Positions 26,137 through 37,365 of a DNA stretch of 63,938 bases are shown here, in pieces. Within the stretch, counting starts at the first letter, position 1; each line of letters starts with the position of its first letter. A model generated the notes under the pieces. The model did no database searches, was not told the origin of the DNA, and worked only from the letters and a program-made list of their open reading frames with translations. Location of the stretch: positions 1-63,938 of IMG/VR virus record IMGVR_UViG_3300023174_000167; one strand, 5' to 3'. The stretch is from a virus (taxonomy: Duplodnaviria > Caudoviricetes). Made by a program: the position numbers and the translations under genes.

Positions 26137-27639
26137 ATGGGCGTAAATATATCTGGAAAAGGTGTCCTATCGGGACTTGCATCTCTGGTAGCAGGAGCAT
26201 TTAATTTATTAGCAACAAAGATAATTGGATATACAAAAGTTGGTGGTGGTGGAAGTTCTTATTATACAACACGGGTAGAGTCAACCGTAGATGCTGTAGT
26301 TGGCTCAGCAGATTATGCTTTATGGAGATCTTTAGATAAAGGGAAAAACTGGGAAGTTCTTCCAAGCAATACATATTTTAGCAGATTTGCGTATTTTAAG
26401 GGTAAATATTATGCAATACAGCCTTATAATTCACCTGGATTTGCATTTACTAGTAACCTTTCTGGAATAAGTTCTGATTGGTCAAGTGTAATTCTTCCAA
26501 ATGATGAAGGATATTTATCTACATCAGTTGATCTAGATAACATGTTTACCTATTTTGATCAAGGATTAGAAACATTGGCAATTCATAAATCTAAGAATTT
26601 AGGAAACAACGTTTATGAGACTAAGTTATGGACAACTACAAACGGATCTTCTTGGACTGAAGAAATAATTCCAACAGCGTCAAGTGTAGCTGTTATAGCA
26701 AAAAATGATCGTATATTTTACATAGATTCATTTTCTAAAACTATTCATAGTAAGTATAATGGCACATGGTATTCTGAAACATATTCTCCAAACTTCGGCC
26801 CATATGATATTAGTCCAGATAATGTATTTGGATCTAACCTTTATCTTTTGGCAGAATCTGGTGGACAATATTCAATTGTAAAATATGGTCCAAATTGTGA
26901 ACTAGTTGGTACAGACTCTATTCAACTTGTAAGTGAGTATGGACAGCAAGGAAATATAGCAACATTCTTAATAGATCCTATTTCTGGTCAATTAGTTATT
27001 ATAAGTATAATTTCAGAGGGATCAAATAATCATTTTTATAGAACAACAAACTATGGACAAAATTGGACAAAAACAGCAACCATTGCATATAATAATCAAT
27101 TTGGACAACTTTCTATTGATGGCTATTTTGAATATATTGATTCACTTAACACAATTATTGTAACAAGATCTGGTAATGGTAATAATATATGTGCTTCTTC
27201 ATCAGATTCTGGGCAGACTTGGACAGTTGGAAATGTTAACAGTAACTTTTCCTTTTATTCAGCACCACAAGATTTTAGAGTTGTACCAATTAAAACTCTT
27301 GTTGAAACACAAATATCTATTGGCGACCAAGGATCAGACGGAGCAGAAATTCTTGCTCCAATAGATGTATATACTGTTCCACCAACTAAGACAACTAATA
27401 TTGATCAGATAACAATTAAAAATAATTCTGCTAATACAATTACTTATGACCTTGCAGTTCTTGATGCGGGTATTCAATTAACTGATCAAAATTCTATTAT
27501 AAACGATCAAGTAATTCTTGCTGGAGAAACAGCAACTATTACAAGCATAACAACACCGATGACTCTTGGACAAAGAATTGTTGTTTTTCCTTCAGCAGTT
27601 GATGTTGTTGAAGTTAAAGTTTACGGCACTGAGTCATAA
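26137..27639 (+). CDS. BNR/Asp-box beta-propeller protein with C-terminal YTVP domain
   Basis: RSLDKGKNW, TTNGSSW, TTNYGQNW, SSDSGQTW; C-terminus resembles 23400..23702. Confidence 0.75.
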   Translation: MGVNISGKGVLSGLASLVAGAFNLLATKIIGYTKVGGGGSSYYTTRVESTVDAVVGSADYALWRSLDKGKNWEVLPSNTYFSRFAYFKGKYYAIQPYNSPGFAFTSNLSGISSDWSSVILPNDEGYLSTSVDLDNMFTYFDQGLETLAIHKSKNLGNNVYETKLWTTTNGSSWTEEIIPTASSVAVIAKNDRIFYIDSFSKTIHSKYNGTWYSETYSPNFGPYDISPDNVFGSNLYLLAESGGQYSIVKYGPNCELVGTDSIQLVSEYGQQGNIATFLIDPISGQLVIISIISEGSNNHFYRTTNYGQNWTKTATIAYNNQFGQLSIDGYFEYIDSLNTIIVTRSGNGNNICASSSDSGQTWTVGNVNSNFSFYSAPQDFRVVPIKTLVETQISIGDQGSDGAEILAPIDVYTVPPTKTTNIDQITIKNNSANTITYDLAVLDAGIQLTDQNSIINDQVILAGETATITSITTPMTLGQRIVVFPSAVDVVEVKVYGTES

Positions 27640-27670
27640 ACACAATCTATAATTTAAATTTAGGATATAT

Positions 27671-28726
27671 ATGTTTAGAATGTCGCTATATGCTCATCCG
27701 CATGTAAGGCGGTCAGAATCTTATTTTGGGTATGCATACGCATACAATGAAATAAATAAACACTTAAGAAAATATGAACATGACGGAAAAACACTTAATA
27801 TTGACATAAACTCTCCAAAATCAAAAACACAACTATATTTTGGATCGCCTGATGGATTTTTTTATGAGCATCAATACAAAATACAAATGACTCAATGGGA
27901 ATCAACTCTTGTTCCTCCACATTGGGTAGATCACGCAAAGCATTATGACGAGTGGTGGACCGCTAATAAATTTGGTGCAGATGCTTTTATTAATGCTGGA
28001 ATTCCTGCGGAAAAAATACATGTATTTGAACATGGAGTAGATTCATCGCTATGGACCCCTAAAAAAAGGGGCACAAGAGATACAATAAGATTCCTACATA
28101 TAGACTCAGGATCACCTAGAAAACGTGGCAGCTTGGCTGTAGAAGCCTTTAAAAAGGCATTTGGGGATAATCCAGACTATGAAATTACCTTAAAATATAG
28201 TCATCATGCAGCATCAGAGCAAGACTGGTTTGACGAAAAAATATTAGCTAATTACGGAGAATGGCAAGACATTAATGTTCGCCATATTAAAGAAAATTTA
28301 ACTTTAGAACATCTAATAAGTTTATTTCATTTTCACGATGTTTTAATTTATCCATCAGAAGGAGAAGGTTTTGGACTTATTCCTCTTCAAGCCCTTGCTA
28401 CTGGTATGCCAGTGATATCCACCTCTGATTGGTGTTCATATGACAAATATTTTCAAGGGAATATAATTGAGTCACACAGAGGAATATCTGATGTAGTAGA
28501 GACATACACAAGATATGGAGATGTGATCCTTCCGCATTTAGATTCTATGGTTGATTTAATGAAACATGCAGTCAATAATTTTGAAAACCAAGCCAATATG
28601 TTTTATAATCAGATATCAACCGTAGCAAAAGATTATGACTGGCAACATAGAACAAATATGGCTATTGACTCTTTAGTAGATAGAATAGGTATAGATATGT
28701 TTGAAAATTCAGGACGTTTTCAATGA
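27671..28726 (+). CDS. GT4 family glycosyltransferase
   Basis: RKRG, YPSEGEGFGLIPLQALATGMPVI. Confidence 0.9.
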   Translation: MFRMSLYAHPHVRRSESYFGYAYAYNEINKHLRKYEHDGKTLNIDINSPKSKTQLYFGSPDGFFYEHQYKIQMTQWESTLVPPHWVDHAKHYDEWWTANKFGADAFINAGIPAEKIHVFEHGVDSSLWTPKKRGTRDTIRFLHIDSGSPRKRGSLAVEAFKKAFGDNPDYEITLKYSHHAASEQDWFDEKILANYGEWQDINVRHIKENLTLEHLISLFHFHDVLIYPSEGEGFGLIPLQALATGMPVISTSDWCSYDKYFQGNIIESHRGISDVVETYTRYGDVILPHLDSMVDLMKHAVNNFENQANMFYNQISTVAKDYDWQHRTNMAIDSLVDRIGIDMFENSGRFQ

Positions 28727-29412
28727 AATATACAATCATGCATGTAGATAATCGTGCACAAAAAAATATGGATCACAATAAAAAAATACTTAAAGATTTT
28801 GAATATCTTGATGGTATAGATTTTGTGAATGGTAATAAGGTTGATGCTTGGAAAATTCTTGAAGATAATGATGTAAATGTTTATGCATGGAACCCTTATG
28901 ATGGCAGAACTTCCGAAGCTCTACCAGGTGAGTATGGCGTTATGGCTAGTACACTTAATTTGTGGAAGTATATAGTTAACAACAAAATAGATAGGATACT
29001 AGTCCTAGAAGATGACATTATCTTACAAAGCGATTTTATTGAAAAATTTAATAAATGTTTAAATGATTTACCAGAAAACTTTGATCTACTTTCTTTGTAT
29101 TATTTTTCAAATCAAAACTGGGTAGACAAAGATACAGAAATTGGTTCTGGATATATACATAAATCTAACAATCAATACTCTGCAGCTCAAGCAATGGTTT
29201 ACTCTTATGCAGGTGCAAAAAAACTAATAAAGATTTTAAAAAGAAAAGGCTATGAATATACAAATGATTGTTTTATATACAGGCAAGCTCATGAAGGATT
29301 AATTAATTCTTATTCAATTAAAAAAGAAAATGATTATTTTTTAAAGCATGACCATAAAAATATTAAATCTTTAATTGATCCAGATAACTTCAGAAACACA
29401 GAGAGTATGTAA
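28723..29412 (+). CDS. GT25 family glycosyltransferase
   Basis: GEYG..ST..LW, LVLEDD, YSYAGAKKL. Confidence 0.85.
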   Translation: MKYTIMHVDNRAQKNMDHNKKILKDFEYLDGIDFVNGNKVDAWKILEDNDVNVYAWNPYDGRTSEALPGEYGVMASTLNLWKYIVNNKIDRILVLEDDIILQSDFIEKFNKCLNDLPENFDLLSLYYFSNQNWVDKDTEIGSGYIHKSNNQYSAAQAMVYSYAGAKKLIKILKRKGYEYTNDCFIYRQAHEGLINSYSIKKENDYFLKHDHKNIKSLIDPDNFRNTESM

Positions 29413-29414
29413 TA

Positions 29415-30095
29415 ATGAAAATAGCCTACGACTTTGGAGCAAATAACGGAAGCAATATTCCATACTATTTATTAAAATTTGATAAGGTTGTTGCTGTTGA
29501 AGCAAATCCCAAATTAACAGAACACATTAGTAAAGAGTATTCTAAATACATTCAAGAAGGAAGGCTATTTGTAGAAAACTGTGCTGTTTCTAATAAAAAT
29601 GAGATAATTAATTTTTATATCCATAAATATAACAATGTTTTAAGTCAGCTTCCAAAGCCAGATAGTATTGATGATTTTAATGTAGTCAGCATTACCTCTG
29701 TAAAACCTTCGGAAATAATAAAAAAATATGGAAATCCAGAATATGTTAAAATAGACCTGGAGCACTCAGATGCAGAAATTCTTTCAGAGATTTTTAATTC
29801 AGGAATTTTTCCAAATTATATTTCAGCAGAAGTTCATGATATATCTGTATTTAGTTTATTAACTTATACAGACACATACGGTTCTTTTAAAATACTTGAT
29901 GGACAAAGCGTTTCAGATATATATAAAAACGTAGATATAAATGGAGTTTTGTACAGCTTTCCGTTCCACTCCGCTGGACCAATGTTTGAAGACATTAATC
30001 AAAAATCTTTAAATAAAATAGAACTTTTTAATGAGCTATCAAGGGTAGGCTTAGGATGGAAAGATATTCATGCAAAAAGGAACATATTTATATGA
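29415..30095 (+). CDS. FkbM family methyltransferase
   Basis: DFGANNG, VAVEANP, VKIDLE. Confidence 0.85.
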   Translation: MKIAYDFGANNGSNIPYYLLKFDKVVAVEANPKLTEHISKEYSKYIQEGRLFVENCAVSNKNEIINFYIHKYNNVLSQLPKPDSIDDFNVVSITSVKPSEIIKKYGNPEYVKIDLEHSDAEILSEIFNSGIFPNYISAEVHDISVFSLLTYTDTYGSFKILDGQSVSDIYKNVDINGVLYSFPFHSAGPMFEDINQKSLNKIELFNELSRVGLGWKDIHAKRNIFI

Positions 30096-31000
30096 AATCA
30101 ATAGTAACTGGTGGAGCTGGTTTTATAGGGTCAAACCTTGTAGATCAACTTTTAGATCTAGGCCATGATGTAGTAGTTATAGATAACGAATACTCTGAGG
30201 CTCATGATCATTTTTATTGGAACAGTAAAGCAAAAAACTATAAACTAGACATCAGAGACTATAAAAATACAAGATCACTGTATGATGGAGTGGACTATGT
30301 TTTTCACATTGCTGCAGAATCAAGAATTCAACCAGCCATATTAAATCCAATTGAAGCAGTAAGCATTAACTCTGTTGGAACGGCTACCGTTTTGCAGTGT
30401 GCTCGTGAAGCGGGAGTTAAAAAAGTTATATATTCATCTACATCTTCGGCCTACGGGCGTAACCCTATTCCAAACATAGAAACGCAGGCAGATGATTGCC
30501 TTAATCCATACTCTGTTTCTAAGGTAAACGGAGAAAAACTTTGTTTAATGTATACAGAATTATTTGATCTTAAAACTGTTATTTTTAGATATTTTAATGT
30601 GTACGGAGAAAGACAACCAACAAAAGGTCAATATGCACCAGTAATTGGGTTATTTTTAAAACAAGCAAAAAATAACGAGCCGCTAACAATTGTTGGAGAC
30701 GGAGAACAAAAAAGAGACTTTACCCATGTATCTGACGTAGTTAATGCAAACATTATAGCAGCAACAACTGAGGCAGATGGTTCTGTTTTTGGTCAGGTAT
30801 ACAATATTGGAAATGGCATTAACTACTCTGTTAACGAGATAGCCAGTATGATATCTGCCAACCAAGTTAATATACCACCAAGACTTGGTGAAGCAAGAGA
30901 AACACTTTCAGATACTACCAAATTTAGATCCATTTTTGGCTGGAGTCCAAACATTAATCTTGCTGATTGGATTAAAATCAATAATAGTTTAAATTCATGA
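30092..31000 (+). CDS. NAD-dependent nucleotide-sugar epimerase/dehydratase
   Basis: VTGGAGFIG, YSVSK, RYFNVYG, RDFTHV; start moved to MKSIVTG. Confidence 0.92.
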   Translation: MKSIVTGGAGFIGSNLVDQLLDLGHDVVVIDNEYSEAHDHFYWNSKAKNYKLDIRDYKNTRSLYDGVDYVFHIAAESRIQPAILNPIEAVSINSVGTATVLQCAREAGVKKVIYSSTSSAYGRNPIPNIETQADDCLNPYSVSKVNGEKLCLMYTELFDLKTVIFRYFNVYGERQPTKGQYAPVIGLFLKQAKNNEPLTIVGDGEQKRDFTHVSDVVNANIIAATTEADGSVFGQVYNIGNGINYSVNEIASMISANQVNIPPRLGEARETLSDTTKFRSIFGWSPNINLADWIKINNSLNS

Positions 31001-31012
31001 TATAATTCAGAT

Positions 31013-31459
31013 ATGACCCAAGTATCCCTATCTACGGTAAAAACCAAGTTTGAGACTGGGGATCGTCCATCCCAGCAGGACTATGAAGACTTAATTGACA
31101 CTACCGCTGGGCAGGCCACAAACCTTGGATCTTTCGGTAATAACGAAAATACAATCAACGGTATTGAGAGCATTACTGTAATAGATAATTTTGATGCCAC
31201 ACAATGGAGAATGGTAAAATATCTAGTATCCATAAAGAAGACTTCTGGTGGCGATAATAAATTTTACGCCACAGAAATGACCATATTAGTTGACGGTACA
31301 AATGTATCTGTTAGTGAATATGGAACTATAGACACCGATGGGAATATTGGCACCATTAGCGTCTCCAGGGTTAGTAACACAGTTGCCCTCAGTGTTACTC
31401 CAACCCCAGGAATCACCCCTATAACCGTACGTTATGCACGTATTGGTTTGAAGGCTTAA
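31013..31459 (+). CDS. virion structural protein (FETGDRP; SEYG domain)
   Basis: C-terminal domain resembles C-terminus of 31476..33869. Confidence 0.75.
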   Translation: MTQVSLSTVKTKFETGDRPSQQDYEDLIDTTAGQATNLGSFGNNENTINGIESITVIDNFDATQWRMVKYLVSIKKTSGGDNKFYATEMTILVDGTNVSVSEYGTIDTDGNIGTISVSRVSNTVALSVTPTPGITPITVRYARIGLKA

Positions 31460-31475
31460 TTTAAGGAGATAAAAA

Positions 31476-33869
31476 ATGGCAACAATTAATAAAGATTTTA
31501 AAATTAAAAATGGCTTGGTAGTTGGAGGCTCAACAGCAACTGTAAATGGAAACCAAATCCTTACAGAAAATGCAAGTGATCAATACATTATTAACCTTAT
31601 TGGCGGAGAAGCCTTTATCAAATCAGTAGATACAAATACTTTTGATGTAGATGGTGCAGGCAATCTTACAGTTAAGGCAAATGTATTTGATGCATACGGA
31701 TCAGCTTCAACAGCAGAAACAAATGCAAATACATATACTGATACAGCTCTAAACTACTATACTCCAACAGCAAGCCTTGATACAGCAATCACTGGCTATG
31801 GATATCTTAAGTCAGCAGACCTTATGGGATATGCTACAGAGTCATTCGTTACATCTCAAGGCTATTTGGTTTCATCAGATCTGACTGGTTATGCAACAGA
31901 GACTTATGTTGGAAACCAAGGATTTATTACTTCTGCAGCTCTTACAGGTTATGCAACAGAATCATACGTAGGTTCACAAGGTTTTGCAACAGAGTCATTT
32001 GTAACAAGCCAAGGATACTTAATTTCATCTGATCTTATAGGGTATGCAACAGAAACATATGTTGGAACAGAAATTTCTACTCATGCAGGATTAACATCAA
32101 CACACGGTGTAAGTGGAAATATTGTTGGAACAACAGATACTCAAGATCTTTCAAATAAGAGAATCATTGATACACTTTACTTTACAGATGGTGTAACGGT
32201 TGCCAATGAAGGTGAAATTGCTGTTCGTGCAGTCAGCCATGACTTTAATATTCAGGCTAACTACGGAGACCTTCACCTTAAAACAGTAGCAACAGGTTCA
32301 GATGTTCAAATTACATCACAAGATGGAGACATTCTGCTTAATGCGGATGGAAAAGCATATTACGGTACTGCTTCAGCAGAAAACGAAATTGCTACCCATG
32401 GATATGTTGATAACGCAATATCTGGTCTTGATTGGAAGCAATCAGTAAATGTTCTTGCAAATGCAAACGTAGCACTAACTGGCTCTATACCGCTATCAAT
32501 TGATTCACACGAACTTACTGATGGCTACCGTGTTCTTTTAACAGCACAATCAAATACTTCACAAAATGGTATTTATGATTTCTCAGTTTCTGGTAGCTCA
32601 TATACACTTTCTCGTTCAACAGATGCAGATGCATATTCTGAACTTGTTGGTGCAGCAGTTTATGTTATGGAAGGAACTCAGTATGGGTCAACTTCTTGGG
32701 TACAAGGAAACCATTACCTATCTGACTTCACAGGACAAACATGGACACAGTTCTCAGGTCAAGGTTCTGTAACAGCAGGCTCAGGTATTATAGTAAACGG
32801 TCTTGAAGTTTCAATTGATCGTACAACTGTTGATGACTGGTATGATGCTTATGGTTCAGCAGCAGCAATTACCCCAGCATCACTTGGTCTTGGAAATGTT
32901 GATAACACATCAGATGCTAATAAGCCAGTTTCAACTGCTACACAAACAGCACTTAATCTAAAAGCAAACGCAGCAAATCCAACACTTACTGGCTCACTAA
33001 CTCTTGACGGTACTGGTGATTTTACGGTAAATGCTGATGCTGGTATTATTCTTCAGCCAGGGACATTTGCATACCTTACTTCTGCAACTGCAGCTAATAA
33101 AATTGCAACAGAAGGATATGTTGATGATGCAATCGCTGGAGTAACAGTTGACTATGCAGCAATGGCTGGAACATACCTTGATTGGTCTGGAACTCAGTTT
33201 GATGTAAATGCAACAGATCTTATATCTGGTGCTGGAATTGCAACTGAAACATTCGTTACTACTCAAGGATATCTATTACCAGTAGATCTTACAGGATATG
33301 CTACAGAGTCATTTGTTACAACTCAGGGATACCTGACATCAGCAGATCTTACAGGATACGCTACAGAAACATACGTTTCAACAAATTATGTTGCATCGGT
33401 AGATCTTGATACAAACGTAGCAGCACTTGGTTATGCTAAGACTGTAGATCTTCCTACACAGTATACTGATCAAGATGCACTAAATGCAATTAATGGATCA
33501 ACAATTACACCACTTAGTGTTGAGATTAATGGATGGCGTAAAGAAGAAGCAGCACGTATTACTATTGCAAATGCTTCAACTGCAAACCTTCATTCATTCT
33601 CATATCCATACGAGTCAGCAAAATACCTTGTTCGTGTAGTTGGCTGGGATGCTGGAGTTAAGCACTCACAAATCACAGAAATCCTTATGACAGTTGATGG
33701 AAATAACAATATTGCTATCACAGAATATGGAAATGTTTATACATCAACAGATCCACTTGCATCATTCTCAGCAACGTATGATTTAGGTAACTATATTCTA
33801 ACTACAACAACTGCAGTAGCAGGCTGTGAAGTAATTGCAGCAGCAACAATGCTCTCTTGGGCAGACTAA
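31476..33869 (+). CDS. long tail fibre with GYATE repeats
   Basis: About 9 GYATE(S/T)(F/Y)V repeats; RVLLTAQ...NGIY domain. Confidence 0.8.
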   Translation: MATINKDFKIKNGLVVGGSTATVNGNQILTENASDQYIINLIGGEAFIKSVDTNTFDVDGAGNLTVKANVFDAYGSASTAETNANTYTDTALNYYTPTASLDTAITGYGYLKSADLMGYATESFVTSQGYLVSSDLTGYATETYVGNQGFITSAALTGYATESYVGSQGFATESFVTSQGYLISSDLIGYATETYVGTEISTHAGLTSTHGVSGNIVGTTDTQDLSNKRIIDTLYFTDGVTVANEGEIAVRAVSHDFNIQANYGDLHLKTVATGSDVQITSQDGDILLNADGKAYYGTASAENEIATHGYVDNAISGLDWKQSVNVLANANVALTGSIPLSIDSHELTDGYRVLLTAQSNTSQNGIYDFSVSGSSYTLSRSTDADAYSELVGAAVYVMEGTQYGSTSWVQGNHYLSDFTGQTWTQFSGQGSVTAGSGIIVNGLEVSIDRTTVDDWYDAYGSAAAITPASLGLGNVDNTSDANKPVSTATQTALNLKANAANPTLTGSLTLDGTGDFTVNADAGIILQPGTFAYLTSATAANKIATEGYVDDAIAGVTVDYAAMAGTYLDWSGTQFDVNATDLISGAGIATETFVTTQGYLLPVDLTGYATESFVTTQGYLTSADLTGYATETYVSTNYVASVDLDTNVAALGYAKTVDLPTQYTDQDALNAINGSTITPLSVEINGWRKEEAARITIANASTANLHSFSYPYESAKYLVRVVGWDAGVKHSQITEILMTVDGNNNIAITEYGNVYTSTDPLASFSATYDLGNYILTTTTAVAGCEVIAAATMLSWAD

Positions 33870-33888
33870 TTAATTAAGGGGACACTAA

Positions 33889-34356
33889 GTGGCAACGATT
33901 GACAAAGACTTTAAAGTAAAAAATGGGTTGGTCGTTGCCCTTGGTGGATCTTTTGGCGGTACTGTAACAGTAGGGACTCCTACCCTTGGAACTCATGCAG
34001 CAACAAAAGAATACGTAGATGGTAAATTTACCAGTGTAGTAATACCTACAGAGTCAGAAGCTCCTGCAAATCCAGTTGATGGACAGTTCTATTTTAATAT
34101 AACTACTCGCCACTTATCCGTATATTCTACAGATGCTGATGAGTGGATAATGATCGCTACTTTTGATGACACATATAATCTTAGACAGCATATTCACGAT
34201 ACCGCAATTGACGGCACTGGACTTATTGTTACAGTATTCCAAGATGCAGGGTTTTATGATGCTATTTTTTCTGCCACAGTAGATGGTGGATCTTACAATA
34301 CAGAGGTCTTTGATCAGACTTTTGATGGCGGAACACCAATAGATAACTTTAACTAA
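33889..34356 (+). CDS. tail fibre-associated protein
   Basis: N-terminus ATIDKDFKVKNGL shared with 31476; HAATKEYVD. Confidence 0.75.
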   Translation: MATIDKDFKVKNGLVVALGGSFGGTVTVGTPTLGTHAATKEYVDGKFTSVVIPTESEAPANPVDGQFYFNITTRHLSVYSTDADEWIMIATFDDTYNLRQHIHDTAIDGTGLIVTVFQDAGFYDAIFSATVDGGSYNTEVFDQTFDGGTPIDNFN

Positions 34357-34397
34357 TTATCTGATATAATACTATAAGACACCACTGGAGGATATAA

Positions 34398-37166
34398 ATG
34401 GCAACAAGAATGCAACAGCGTAGAGGTACCGCTAATCAGTGGATATCTACAAATTCAGGAAATGGCCCTATCCTTTCCGCTGGAGAAATTGGCTTTGAAT
34501 CAGATACAAATAAGTTTAAAATTGGCGATGGTGTAAATCACTGGGTAGACCTTACATACTTTACCGATGCTGCAGAACTTGCAAATATTATTGATGGTGC
34601 ACCAGCACTTCTTGATACACTTAATGAATTAGCAGCAGCAATTGGTGATGATCCAGCCTTTATGACAACTGTTGCAACAAATCTTTCTAACCACCAATCA
34701 GACACCACAAATATTCACGGTATTACAGATACAGCAGAACTAGCAACTAAGACATTTGCAGCAGAACTCCTCACAAATGCTACAAAGTCTAATATTACAA
34801 TTACAGGCGATAAAAATGGTCTTACCATTACCGCTGAAAATGGAGTTGCAGACTCTACAACTGATAACCTTACAGAAGGCTCAACAAATAAATATTTCAC
34901 TGACGAAAGAGCACAAGATGCAGTTGGAAATGCTGTAGGAACTGGTCTTACTTACACAGATTTAACTGGTGAGATTAAGGTTGATACAACTACAATTGCA
35001 ACACAAGAATATGTTGATAGTGCGGTAAGTGGAGCAGAAGTAGATCAGTCAACTCTTGCTGGAGCAGGTATTGATTGGACTGGAACCCAGTTTGCAGTAG
35101 ATACAACAACAATTCAGGCGGTTGTTACTGGTGTTTCAAACACAGAAATTGGATACCTTGATGGAGTTACATCAGCAATCCAAACTCAGATTGATGGAAA
35201 ATCTGCAACTGGTCATGGACATACAGCATCAGATGTTTCAGATTTTAATGAAGCAGCACAAGATGCAGTTGGTAATAGTTTAGGTAATGGTCTTTCTTAT
35301 AATGATTCAACAGGTGCAATTTCTGTTAATACAACTACAATTCAAGAAAGAGTTTCTGGAGTTTCAGATACTGAAATCGGATACCTTGATGGTGTAACAT
35401 CTGCAATTCAAACCCAATTAGATGCTAAATTGCCAAAATCTGGCGGAACTATGACTGGCGCTATTGCTATGGGTTCAAGCAAAATTACTGGCCTTGGAAC
35501 ACCAACTGCAGATACAGATGCAGCAACTAAACTTTATGTTGATAACGTAACTGCTGGAATTAACTTCCACCAAGCAGTACATGTTGCAACAACTGCTAAC
35601 CTTTCAGCAAACTATAATAATGGAACAGACGGAGTAGGAGCAACACTTACTGCATCAGCAAATGCTGCTTGGCCAACAATTGATGGACATAGTTCATTTA
35701 CTCAATATGACAGAATTCTTGTTAAGGATCAAACAGATGCCAAACAAAATGGTATTTATATTCTTTCAGATCTTGGAAGCGGATCATCTAAGTGGATCTT
35801 GACTCGTGCAACAGATGCAGATAATAATCCATCAGGAGAAATGAAAAATGGAGATTTTGTCTTTGTTTTAAATGGTACAACAAATGCATCATATGGATTT
35901 GTTAATAATTCAGCAACAAACCCAATTGTAATTGGCACAGATAATATTACCTATACAACATTTAATGCTGCAAAAACAATTGTTGCTGGAAATGGTTTAC
36001 AAGAAGCAACACCAGGAACATTATCAATTGATACTGCTATAACCGCAGATATTTCAACAGCACAAACTCTTACAAATAAAACAATTTCAGGTGCAAGCAA
36101 TACTCTTACAGTTCGCCTTGCAAATGATGTTACAGGAACTCTTCCAGTAGCAAATGGTGGTACAGGAATTACAGCATTAGGAACAGGCGTTGCAACATTC
36201 CTTGGTACTCCTTCAGCAGCTAATCTTGCAGCAGCAGTTACTGATGAGACAGGCTCTGGAGCACTTGTATTTGCTACTTCTCCAACACTCGTAACTCCAA
36301 TTCTTGGAACACCACAATCTATAACTCTTACAAATGCAACTGGCCTTCCTCTTACAACTGGTGTAACTGGAACTCTTCCAATAGCAAATGGTGGTACAGG
36401 TGCTACAACTGCTATGACCGCAGCAACTGCATTACTTCCTTCACAAACATCTAATTCAGGGAAATACCTTACAAATGATGGTGCAGGAACTCTTTCTTGG
36501 GCTGCTGTATCAGGTTATTCAGCCCCAACACTTGGTTCAACATCCATTGCATCAGGTGCAACTGTTACAACAATTGCGGGACTAACACTTTCAGGTGCAA
36601 CTCTTACTGGAACTTCTACAATTACTGGAACTGGTGATTTTCTTATCAGTGGTGATACAAATGTTAGAATTGTTCCAGCATCAGGAAGCAATGCTTATGT
36701 TGGAGCAGCATCATCAGCTAACATAATTACAACTGCTGGAAATACTCAAACCCTTACAAATAAAACACTTACAAGTCCAACACTGACTACTCCAGCTCTT
36801 GGAACACCAGCATCTGGTGTTATGACAAATGTAACTGGATTGCCATTAACATCTGGTGTAACTGGAACTCTTCCAATTGCTAACGGTGGTACTGGAGCAA
36901 CAACACAGGCAGGAGCAGCAAATGCAGTTCTTCCTTCACAGACTTCAGCAAGTGGTAAGTACCTAACATCTGATGGAACTAACGTATCATGGGCAACAGT
37001 ATCTTCATACTCAGCCCCAACACTTGGTTCAACATCAATTGCATCAGGTTCAACTGTCACAACAATTGCGGGACTTACAAAACTAACATCTGCAGCATAT
37101 ACATCACTTGATGCAAGTGGATATGAACAAGATGTAACGCTAATGAATATAATGGGAGCTTGGTAA
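34398..37166 (+). CDS. tail fibre with Mtd-N-like N-terminal domain
   Basis: RMQQRRGT..W...[17 protein letters not shown]; [13 protein letters not shown] repeats. Confidence 0.85.
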   Translation: MATRMQQRRGTANQWISTNSGNGPILSAGEIGFESDTNKFKIGDGVNHWVDLTYFTDAAELANIIDGAPALLDTLNELAAAIGDDPAFMTTVATNLSNHQSDTTNIHGITDTAELATKTFAAELLTNATKSNITITGDKNGLTITAENGVADSTTDNLTEGSTNKYFTDERAQDAVGNAVGTGLTYTDLTGEIKVDTTTIATQEYVDSAVSGAEVDQSTLAGAGIDWTGTQFAVDTTTIQAVVTGVSNTEIGYLDGVTSAIQTQIDGKSATGHGHTASDVSDFNEAAQDAVGNSLGNGLSYNDSTGAISVNTTTIQERVSGVSDTEIGYLDGVTSAIQTQLDAKLPKSGGTMTGAIAMGSSKITGLGTPTADTDAATKLYVDNVTAGINFHQAVHVATTANLSANYNNGTDGVGATLTASANAAWPTIDGHSSFTQYDRILVKDQTDAKQNGIYILSDLGSGSSKWILTRATDADNNPSGEMKNGDFVFVLNGTTNASYGFVNNSATNPIVIGTDNITYTTFNAAKTIVAGNGLQEATPGTLSIDTAITADISTAQTLTNKTISGASNTLTVRLANDVTGTLPVANGGTGITALGTGVATFLGTPSAANLAAAVTDETGSGALVFATSPTLVTPILGTPQSITLTNATGLPLTTGVTGTLPIANGGTGATTAMTAATALLPSQTSNSGKYLTNDGAGTLSWAAVSGYSAPTLGSTSIASGATVTTIAGLTLSGATLTGTSTITGTGDFLISGDTNVRIVPASGSNAYVGAASSANIITTAGNTQTLTNKTLTSPTLTTPALGTPASGVMTNVTGLPLTSGVTGTLPIANGGTGATTQAGAANAVLPSQTSASGKYLTSDGTNVSWATVSSYSAPTLGSTSIASGSTVTTIAGLTKLTSAAYTSLDASGYEQDVTLMNIMGAW

Positions 37167-37365
37167 TCTGCCATGGCACCAAATTCATTTAGTGGGGTAG
37201 GGTTCTTAGCAGGCTATTAAAAGTGACTGAAAACGGTATTGAAGCAATTGAGTAACCTGTTACAAAAACAGAAATAGAAAACTCTTTACCAACAGATATA
37301 CTAAAATAAAGGTTTTCAAGTAAACAATGGTATAATTACCTTAGTTTACATATCTAGGAGGATAA

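Noticed and set aside
34398-37166. Diversity-generating retroelement suggested by Mtd-N-like domain and internal repeats
   Set aside because: No reverse transcriptase in the window; repeat differences are not adenine-specific and both copies are in frame
37173-37310. Short broken ORF-like text after the fibre gene
   Set aside because: Only 15-codon fragments; possibly a gene remnant but no identifiable parent
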